This document shows positions 14,001 through 25,700 of a stretch of DNA of 64,000 nt, one piece after another (within the stretch, counting starts at the first letter, position 1; each line of letters opens with the position of its first letter). A model generated the notes under the pieces. That model did not search any database and was not told where the DNA came from. It saw nothing but the letters and a program-made list of their open reading frames with translations. Origin of the DNA: Octopus bimaculoides (Eukaryota); assembly GCF_001194135.2 (NCBI RefSeq), contig NC_068981.1:71756360-71820359 (forward strand), written 5' to 3'. The translations under genes and the position numbers were made by a program.

Positions 14001-14792
14001 TAATTTATATGTATTTGTTTTTATGTCTCAAGCTTTGATTGTGAATGTCGATAAAAGAATAACTCTGGAGGATTTCAAGAAAGAATTGGAACCATACATT
14101 GGATTATCTTCTGAAAATTTTAAAGTAAGTATTATAACTTTTTATATTCTTATATTAAGTATTTTGTAGTTTTTACGACTATATTTTTAAAACACATAAC
14201 TTTGTTTTGAAATTCTGATATTAAATTCTGCAATTTCCATCTACTAAATTCAATCACAAGTCTGTGGTTGGCCTAGGGCTATAGTAGAAATCGCTTGCCC
14301 AAGGTACTATGCAGAGGGACTGAACGTGGAACCATGTGGTTGGGAAGCATACTTTTCAACCACAGTCAGTCTTGCACCTAGTGTGTGTGTGTGTGTGTGT
14401 GTTTACATTTGTTGTTAAATCGATTATTGTGTCCCACTATGTTTCAAAGTTAGCAGATCATCAAGCAGAGATCTATAAAATAAATGTCAGATCTATAAAA
14501 TAAATGTCAGATTGAAATATGTACTGAGGTCAGTATGATCAATTAAATTTTTGAAGGTGATACCCCTTCAAAGACTTAATGGTTCCAAATTTAAGGTACT
14601 GGATTACTAACCACAAGATAATGAGTTCAGAACTTCGTATTGAACTTCCACTCTATATGATAACAGTATATGTACATCTCAATCTATTTCCAACAATTAA
14701 CAATGGTTAGCAGTAAGAAAGATGTCCACATCTCTTAAAAAATTGTGCAAAATATTCTGAGAAAAAGTATTTTTTACATCACAACAAAAACG

Positions 14793-14858
<66 letters not shown>

Positions 14859-16663
14859 TGCACACACACACACACCACACACACATACACACTCACACAC
14901 ACACACAGAAGTATGTCTGTGGTAACTTAAGCTATTGCAAATAACAACCAAATCTCTCTTAAAACACTCTCTTTCATCGAAAGAATGACACATTTACAGT
15001 ATTTCAGGAAGAAAAAACCCCCCAAAAAACTATGCAATGAGTCTGCAAGTCTGAGTTAAACAAAACACAGACAAACACACTTCACATTAAAAGATTATCT
15101 ACTAAACAATACTAACAAAGTTGATGGTATATCTTTGAAGTTTCATTTCCTGGTAAAACTCTACCTAGATTGTTCAGGCAGAGTTGCCTCCTTTAGTTAA
15201 TGACCTCAAAATCGTGTGACTTGACCTCATTTTTGAGGTTATTTTTGTAGTAAAAAAGAGTTGTGCTAAAAACATACTTTATTCGGTAGCTGAAAGATTA
15301 CCGAATCTTTTTATTTCTCATACATCAAAATCAGCAACTCAGTTTTTAAATCCATAAGGAACATATGTGTGTGCACACATGCACATGCACACAAACTTAC
15401 ATGTTGTTCTGAAAGTAGATTTATTTTAATATTAAGATTGCTGAAAGTATTTTTGCTCTAGTTTATTGTTCTAAAGTAACATCTTATGTTTTTCATTTCA
15501 ATAGGTTTTCAAAGTTTACTCTAACAATCAAGAATTTGAAAGTACGCAACTGAATGAGAATTTGTCATTTCTTGAAGATGGAAAGGTTTATTTATTTATT
15601 TATTTAAAAATATTTCTTTGATATTCAGATGTATTGTAGTGTTTGTGAATAATATAGATTTCAGCATTATTTTCATGTTAAAGAAATAATGTTAACTTTT
15701 CAAAATTGCAAATCAAATGTTTAAAGTTGTTTTATAAAAAAAAAAATAAATGCAGAAGTTAAAATTTAGTAATAAGAAGGTGACTATTAAAGGTTAAATG
15801 ATTTTGATTCTGGAATCAGTTGCTATTACAACTTATACTGAAAGTTTTATCTTTTTGTTTTTGAAATTACCAGAACAAGATTTAAGATAATTGGGGAAAT
15901 AGTACTTAGCTTGGAAATAGGGAAAGGACATCTGGCTGTAGAAAATCTACCTCAATAAATTCTGTCTGACCCATGCAAGCATGGGAAAAGTGGGAATTAA
16001 AATGATGTTTTTTCTATGGCCCTGCTTGATCTGTCGAAATGGTGTAGGTAGAAACTCCATAAAATGCACCCAGTGTAAGCTTTGGACACATTGGAGGTGC
16101 AGCAATATCAGAGGAAGGTTAATAGGGAAACTAGCTTTTGTATGTGGAAGATGCACAGGTACAATAAACACTGAAAATGTACAGAAAATAGACTCCATCA
16201 ACTGCCAGGCAGGTAAGCTAGAGGTAGTAGATAGCTTCTGTTGTCTAGGTGACCAAATTAGTGGCAGAGGTGGATGCTCCGAGAGTATGGCTGTGAGAAT
16301 GAGATTAGGCTGGGCAAAGTTCAGAGAGCTCCTACTTCTGCTGGCAACAAAGAGTCTCTCCCTCAGAGTGGAAGGCAGATTGTATGATGCCTGTGTGTGA
16401 ATACCTATGCTATATGGCAGTGAAACATGGGCTGTGACAGCCAAGGACATGTGTAGGGTTGAAAGAAATGAAGCTAGTATGCTTTGCTGGATGTGCAATG
16501 TCAGTGTGCATGTTCGTCAGTGTGCATGCTATTCCAAATGTATGAGCAGTATTTTGATGTAGCCCTTATTTGAGCTGATAGTGTTTGAAATATTTTTGTA
16601 TCTAAACAGGAAGGCTAATTCCAAGGTTTTAGCATTATCTCTCTCTCTCTTTCTCTCTCTTTC

Positions 16664-16716
<53 letters not shown>

Positions 16717-19700
16717 TACACACAGATTGTCAGGCTTAGGGATCACAGTTACTTTGAGGATCTTAGTAATATAGGCAACTATTCAAAGTCATAGAAGGTC
16801 AAAAGTATTTTGAATTTTAACTTCACGAGCATTTTTGTTTGCATTTTTTTAAATATCTAGAATATTTAAAATGTCTTTTTAATTTCATTATAGCTGAATA
16901 TCAAATTAGGTCGTGCCTTACGGCCTGGCGAGTATCGTGTAAAAGTTTATCAGTTATTGGTAGATGAACCTGAGGTAAGTTATTATATATATATATATAT
17001 ATATAAATATATATCACTTCACTATCTTTGAAAAAGGAATTTCCTGTTTATTTCATTTATATATATCAGATTTTTACTTCGATTTGATATTGCAATTTAT
17101 TTAGACAGAATATTAATTTTAAAAATTAAAAATTTAACTATTGTTTTTAGAAAGACATCTTATTAATGCTATTCATCTTGAATAAATTCTTATCTGTAAA
17201 TTCTGTTGTAAATGGATAGCACTTCTCAGAAGTGCAAAAAAAGACTCTTAGAGTGAGTTGCAAGCTCTTAAACTAATTCCTATATCTGAATTTTAATATA
17301 ATAAAAATAAAGATATTTGAATCAGATTATTTTGGAAATTAGTATTATTAACTCTCTTGGGACACTCAGGCCAATTGATTGGCCCTAGTGATACAAGCTG
17401 AAAAGACTTTGGGGCCAATTTATCAGCCTGATGAAACAAATGTGTTGTGTATAGCCAATCAGAGATTGTCTTTCAGTTGATATAATATAAAACTATATAA
17501 TATATATAGTTTTACATACTAATAAAATAGTTTCAGGCACTTTATCCTTTATTTTCTACATGCATGCATCAATTTCAATCTCAACAGAAAAAATATTTTG
17601 GTCTTTTTGGCTACACATACCAAAACACTGTATCTCAAAAGGGTTAAAGATTTTGTCATATAACTTTATATTGCCACTTTTAGTTCCCTATGTAAACAGT
17701 AATACACTTGCATACAATTAATGATATGTACTCTGTAATGTTATGAATCAATTGAAGGTATGACTAGACTGTAGGCTAAAAGGTTATTTGTTTAAACTAT
17801 TGCCCATTACTCTGCTATATTAAATCTGTCTTGCTGAAATAGGTGACGTTTCTGTTTCATTTTTATACCATTATTTGTTTCACAAGAAGATGTAAAAATA
17901 CTCGATCCAAAAATGCAGCTATTCAAAAACTTAGCCCACGCTTTTTAACTTTAAAAAAAAAGAAAATTATTGTACAAAGAATTAAAATGTGTAATTCATT
18001 GGAAGCCACTTGTTGAGATAAGCAACAGATAACTTTAGGCAAAGGATGTAACAATATTCTGAGTGTATTTAATCCCTGCTAACTTTGATAACAATAGCCA
18101 TTCTAATAAGAGGTTTTTACTATATATCAGTTATTTATTTATTTTCCCAAGTAAAAATAATATTGTTATTCTCTTCATTAGCCTTGTAAATTTCTCATTG
18201 AAACAATATTTGCTAAGCGGATGAGTGTCCTTGAATCTAAGAAGCAAATATTAGCTGAACTTAAAGAGCAGTGCAATTTAGACATACCTCTTTCAAGGTA
18301 AGACATTTATTTTGTGAGTTCTTCAAAAACTATTTAAGTCAATGCCAAGTGCTGAACTTTATGTTCAAATAATCATTAATATTTGTGTAAAGTATAACAT
18401 TACTTTTGTTCTAATATTGGTAGGCTAGACATAAGCCATTAAATGTTTATTTCCTAAAATTTTTTGAATGCTTAGTTTTGCAATATTATTCAACTTGCAA
18501 AAATGTGAGGGTTAATGTGACAAAATTTTCCTCAATATATATCCAGCCCATGCAAGCATGGAAAGTGGACATTAAGATGGGGATTATGATACGTTTATAA
18601 TATCATTTCTAGAAACTTATGTTTAAATCTTATATTTTTCTTTTATAATATATCTTCATCTCATATATATCTTCCTTATTAGTCATAGAAGTTTTCCATT
18701 GAAACAATATTAAGCTTAAGTAATTAAAATCTGTCTATAGATTGGGTAATTTTAGAATCTAGCATGATAATATCAGCCTACTAGTTGACATGTTACGATT
18801 GATGAAACCCCATGGAAAATTTAAATATGTGAAAATCTCAAAATTATTTGTAAAAATATAGAAAGTTTTTCAGAACTAGCAGTCACTATTAATCATGACA
18901 AGTGACTTTCAAAAGAACTCAATTATGAAGCATTTGAATTGTTAATGAAAGACAAAGCCATTATCTAACTTGAAAGTAACTCATTTTTCATTTTGTTTTA
19001 GTTTCACTAATTTTTCATCTTTGTATTTGTCAACTTTTACTTTCAATACTGTTCATCTACAAAATGTTCTCTGGTGTTTCATTATTTGTAACTATTCATT
19101 GAGAACGTGAAAGTGTTGACGCTGTTGTGTCCCTTGGATTGGTCTAGCTTATTCCAAAATTTTCTCTTGCAAATACAGCAGCGAATTGGTCGGCTTTTTC
19201 CTAATCAACTATGTTACTTCGATTCATTGTTCTTTTGATAATTGATGAATCACATGATGAATAGATGCTCCACCTTATTTTATGCCAGATGTTGAAACCT
19301 AGCATTATTAAACGATGATTTACAATTTATTTGATGAATCAAATATGGAATGTTCAGTGCCCTGAAACTCTCAGCACAATTTCTTTATTGGTATTGCTCT
19401 CTTCAGTATTCAAACATTGGTTTGAAAGTTTTCTTGCTACATTCCTAATGGCAACAGACTATATGCCCTTCAAAGCATTGTGTCTTACAAAATAATTAAA
19501 TTTACTGCAGTTTGTGACAATTATGAAGATACAATAAATTAAGTTGTGAATGAGGTTTTTGTGAGACTTCAACTTGTGCCTTTCAAATACCAGCCAACTA
19601 AATCCCTTAAAACTCCTGAGGAATGTTACTTCAAGGAAGTCACATTCTTTGACTAGAAATTTCAAGGTCTGAAAGAAAAGTTTGATAATGACTCTTTTAT

Positions 19701-22700
19701 TTTTGAAATAACATTGAATAGTATAAGATTCATTCTCAGAAACAAAACAATGGGTTTGGAATCAGCTGTTTTACAACAAGGACATTGGACTTTAGCTCTA
19801 AAGAATGTTTGTATAACCTTGTAAAATACTACTGCCGTTATGAAAGAGAATGCTCAGTAGATACTTTGGAAACTTTTTGTGTTGGGATGTGGGAAACATA
19901 GATACAACTGCAGAAACTTTCCAGCTGGAGATGCTGTATGTTGTTAGTGTGAAAAAAATGGTAATTTTTCTCAGATGCAAAAATCTCTGAGTGGTTGGCG
20001 TTAGGAAGGGCATCCAGCTGTAGAAACTCTGCCAAATCAGACTGGAGCCTGGTGTTGCCATCCGGTTTCACCAGTCCTCAGTCAAATCGTCCAACCCATG
20101 CTAGCATGGAAAGCGGACGTTAAACGATGATGATGATGATGATGATGATATGATGACTAGCATCTCCAGGTGAAATAGTTAACTGAGTGGAGTTGGATTT
20201 ATCAGTTGCTGGCTCAGTCTCATATTTCAGTAGCACTTCTTTAGCTGTCATCCTTCATTCCAAGACAATGCTATTTCTCAAGATGAGGACGCTTTGAATA
20301 AAAGAGATAGTGATATTAATTCATATCTATATCTAAAATCAGTGTGACTGGGCAGATGAAATGTTTATAAATCCAAATATAAAATAGTATAGGACAGTGG
20401 TAAATATGCTCCGTTGCTTTTTGTTAAACTTTGGGATTTTATAAAATTTTGGCAATCAAGGTTTCTCTGTGAACAGTTTTGAATGTTCTTATTTTTGATT
20501 AATCTTTTCTTCTGTTTTTGCTTCTTCTGTCATAGTGGACTAATTTATTTCAAGTAGGATTTTCTTATCTCTAAGATATGTATTTATTTTCAAATGTTCA
20601 TTGAAAAATTTACTTATGCATAAATTTGAACAATTCCTTTCACCAATAATTTTATTCACCATTTGCTATAATCAGATGCCGTTTACGAAAGAAATCTTGG
20701 AAAAATCCTGGTGCAGTTTATTTAGACAATCAATTATATGATGATGACATTTCATTATATACTCACTGGGAAATTTTTCTGGAAGTTTTGGAAGGTAACT
20801 TCATAAGCTTAATTCATTCTATTATTCAAAATTGCCTTTCTGTTGCCAACCCTTATCTGTTTCTAAGCAAAGTAATATTTTCCAATGGCCAGACATGCTT
20901 TACATGGAAGACTGGAAACAAATGATGTTGTTTGTATGACAGTGATGGTTGTTTACAATTATCACAGGTTATTAAGACAAGGGCATATATACACACACAC
21001 TCACTCTGGCTTTTTTCAGTTTCCATTAACCAAGTTCACTCACTTTGGTTTGTCTGGGGTTATAGTAGAAGTCATTTGCCCAAGGTACCTTGTAATGAGA
21101 TTGAACTCAAGACTACATGGTTTGCAAACAACCACATAGCCATGCTTGTGCCAATAAGTTCTATATATTAGACAAGCATGGCTGAGTGCGAGTCTCAACA
21201 AAATGTAGAGCCTCGAATGACATGCTCGTCTATAAATGCCTAATGTACGCCCAGGCCCTATTATTTATTTATATGAACTAACTCATGTAATAGTCCAATT
21301 TGTATTTTTTAAATTTTATTTTTAATTCATTAATTAAAATTTTGTTTGCGTTTTCGTGTCCTTGTCATTTTCTGACTTTCTTTCAGCCACTCAAACCTAA
21401 TACGCTCTTTTGTGTTATGTGAGAGGTCTATCGATTTTCATTGTTATTACTGTGGCCCAGCCCACCGCAGGTCATAATTAATATTAATATAATAAAAACT
21501 AACATAGAAACCCTGACACTGCCATAAATAAAAACTAAGACAGAAACCCCGACACTACCATAAACGTTTTTTGGAATGTCTTTTAAGCGCAAATTTAAAA
21601 AATTTTTTTAAGAAGTAATTTATATTGGATTAAATATCAGATGATTTTTACTTTTAATAGTTCTAAATGTATTTTTTTGAAATTATATTGTTTCTTTTAG
21701 AATTTGCATTTAAAATTATTTCATTTATAAAATTTTTTATCGAATGGCAAAAAATTGGCGATTTTTGAAAAATCAAAATTTAAATTTTTACTTCCATTAA
21801 TTTTATCGCAATTTCATTCAAACATAATAATACATATTTTTTAAAGATATAAATATTTTTGCAAATTCAAGACATTTGCCATGCTAATTGACATTTGGAA
21901 GAATGCTTGCAAATACTCCACCCACCAACATTTTTCCATAAGTGCCAAGTAATCTTATTTTTTAAGCCATGTAACGATTTACTAGATACTGTAGTCAGCT
22001 CAGCCTTTTCCAATCAAGACAGGAGCGTTTCACGTCAACTTGGAATGGCTGAAACTGACACGTCAGCAACTTTTCGATTTTCACATTCCTTCATTTTCCG
22101 CTCTCTTTTCTTGCAATGATAATAAATTATTACCTCCGCTAACGAAGGAGGTTCTGTTTCCATTGGTTTGTCTGTCCCTCTGTGTGCAAAATAACTCAAA
22201 AGCCATTAAACCCAACCATCACCCCACCACGGTATGTAGGTGTAAACCGTATGATAACGGGCTAACGATGGTACTGGTACTTGCTTTTTTTTTATGAAAA
22301 TTTAATGCTTAAAAAATATGATTTAAAAAAGGAAGAAATTTTATGGGAAAAAAATTTCTTGAAAAACAAAAAAAATGAATTCAACAAAATGCTCTTTTGA
22401 AAAAATATCAACCAATATTAAACTTTGAAAAGAAAGAAACAAGTAAGAAGGGAAAACACACACACACACACACACACACAGAGATTTCTTTCAATTTCCA
22501 TCTATCAAGACCACTCATAAGGCTTTCATTGGCTTGGGTCTATAATGGAAGACACTTACTCAAGGTGACATGCAGCGGGACTAAACCCAAACACTCTAAG
22601 TGCTTTGCTGGCAACTTTGTACTTCATGTTGCATAAGATTGTGTTGCATGGCTTACAACCTAATATATTTATGAAGGGTTAAACAATTGTCCAACTTATT

Positions 22701-25700
22701 TAAAACCACACTCTTTTGTTATCTCAAATATTTATTTTTAAAAAAATGCATCATCCTTATGAGAAAGTTTCTCCTGTAAAGCTTATGAAAATGAATATCT
22801 GTTGAGTTGGCTATTAAATATTTAAGCATGCTCCACAGATTATGTGATTTTCATAGTTACCCATTTTTACTTGATTTAAGATGCTGCAATTAACATCTGT
22901 TTTCATTTTCTTTTCACTTTTGTTTGAATAAAAACAAATTGATAAAGCTCTGCAGGAAGAAAAATATTTTAACATATAATTGTTTTAATAAAGATGATTT
23001 GCATATTTATTTTTAATACACACTCTGTGAAATTTGAATGCAGCTATGTGAATCACTATTGTCTTTGTCGTAGGAGAACAACAATTCCCATGTGCAACAA
23101 TGTGTTTAATGATGAAGTTGTTCTCCTGTGATGTACACGACAGCAACTAACATATTTTCATTCAAATCTGCTGGAATGTTGTAAAAAATGATTTGCACTG
23201 TACACAGTGCAAATAATGATTTTTAATTTGTTTTAATATATATAATTTTAACTATTTTTTAAAATTGAATAATAGGCCCCGATCAAGTTAAATCTGCTAA
23301 TGAACTATCACTATTTGCACGGCGATGGCGGACATCTACTTATCGGTTGGATCTCTTCCAAGAAGTTGTTTTATCACAACATACAACAGACCATCTACGA
23401 GAGAAAGTAAGCCACTGAAGAATAATTTTTATTGTTTCTAGTTAGGAAATATTTTTCTTTGTAACATCTTTCATTTAATCTGTTAACTCTGATTTCTTAA
23501 CATTTCTGAATGCAATATTTATTTTGGTTGTATAATGTCGGCTTCAGTATTTGCTTTTACATTACAAAGATAAAAATATTTAAAATCCAAATGGAGACTG
23601 TGAAATGTATACTTTGATGAATAATATTAAATGCAATAACCTGATTTTGTACAGTTTACGTAAGGACAATTACCAAAAGCTAACTCTACATGTGGTATTA
23701 ATTCAAATATATTTTTGACTTAAAGAATAGAGTTTCTTATTAACATATCACATTTTTCACTATGACTGGATAAATCTTTCATTTTTCTTATTCTGTTATA
23801 TTCACTGGAATATGGGTTGATAGAACTTAGGAAGGAAAAAAAAAAAAGATGAGTACATTTAGTACACATAAAAGAAAGTGTTAACTAAATTTTCTTTTAT
23901 ATATTTCAGCCTTGAGGCTTGAAAGCAACTCGGGGTTTTGTTCCTTTGTTTGACAATTATTTACTTACTAAATGTTTTATAAAACAAATTTTCTTTCCTA
24001 CTTTCAGTTACATGAAATTAGTGGTATAGAGAAAGAAAATATTGAATTTGCCAAGGTCAGTAATTTTTCATTTTAATAGTTTTATTTTTTTTATAACCGA
24101 CATGCTATCATTAAAAAAAGTTTTAGTTTCAAAGTTAATTAGTGATTACAATGGTTAAAATAATTTTCATTTTTGTATTATCTTTGCCTTATCTATAGCC
24201 AAATCCCCTGAGGTCAGTTAATCCTTTAGCATTCAGATTTATTTATCCAATGTATTCACGTGGGTTTGAGTTAATCACGCATCATCTTGTAGCTTCAACG
24301 TTCCAATGGTATGTTTCTATATTTTTAGAATGACATTGTAAGGTAGGTGCAAGAGGTTGGATCTGGTCAGTTTCAACACAAATCGGGTACAATATTTGGG
24401 CCAGATATGGCCAGATTAAATGCTAAAGGGTTAAACAATTTGGACATGGATTTATAAATAACTTTCTTCATGCTTGAAAGCAGCTAAGGGTTTGTGCCTT
24501 TGTTTGAAGAATTCTCATCATCAGTACCACCTTTTCTGTCTTCACAACCTCCTTGCCTTCTTCAATGTCATTTCAATTGTTGTTGCTGCTGCCATCTGCA
24601 TCTCTGAATGTTAGTATGGATTGGTGCTTTTATATGAATGTGTCATTCTTCCTAAACAATGTGGAGGAAATATATCTTAAATATTGTCCTTCAGAAGGGA
24701 AAGCTCTGAAAGAAAAGAGATATAGCACAGTGCAATGAGATATCCCTAATAGTAGATTGATAATAATGATCAAGATGACATTGCCAAATATTGGTGAATA
24801 TTGGTATTATGTAAAATAGTTTTAATTGCATTAATTCAATTTATAAAACTTCAAAATATTTCTTTAATTGTTAAATTATGTGTAGAAGCTTTTCAATTTT
24901 TGCTTACTGATACAAAAATTATAAATACTTAAATGCTTACTTTTTGGAAGTCATTAAATGTTTTTGATTGTGATAGTCATAATAATAAGTGAAAACATAC
25001 AGACATGCTTATTTCATTTTGTAATAGTGTTATATTCTATTATAATGTTAAAAATGTTCAACATTTATGATCTACTCACTGTGTCTGCATGGAATATTTG
25101 TTACACATACAGAATCTTATTGCTTATTTTTCTTAGTATTTGTAAAATATTGTTAGAAATTGAAGATTTTTCTTTTATTTCTGTGGGCAGGCACGTGGCA
25201 CATTCCCTTGTGATATTCCTGTGTTGGGGATTCAAACTGAATTGGACTGGAATCCTCAGGTTACCTCCTTTAATATGTGGCCCCAAGCAATGTGTGAACC
25301 AGGAAGTGTAATATATTACAGGTTAGTGTCTCTGTTCGTTAACTCAAATTATAAATAAGGAAATGGCAAATGTTTTTATTTCAGGTGGGATCAGGCATGG
25401 GTGTAAAGTTAAGAAGTTTCACAATCATGTAGTTTCAACTTTGATCCTGTTGCATGGCATTTTGGGCAAGTGTCTTCTTTTAACTTCAGGTTGAGCAAGG
25501 CTTTGTGAGTGGAATTTTGTAAGTGGAAACTGATAGAAGCTTGCCTAATGTGCTTGCACTTGTCTTCATGTGTCTTTGCATTGACACAGCTTAGGCAGTA
25601 GAGACATTGTTTATGTCCTCCATAAACTAAACATCTTACAGCTGTTTGATGTGCAAAGACATGGAGTAAAGGTATCTTATCTGAAAACAAATAGGAATGG

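Noticed and set aside
17425-17445. CTGATGA heptamer as a possible hammerhead core or C box
   Set aside because: No stem II followed by GAAA, and no terminal stem or D box at a suitable distance.
21491-21562. 36-nt direct repeats and the 30-nt repeats at 62306 as possible CRISPR arrays
   Set aside because: The units are adjacent with no spacers, there are no cas genes, and the context is eukaryotic.
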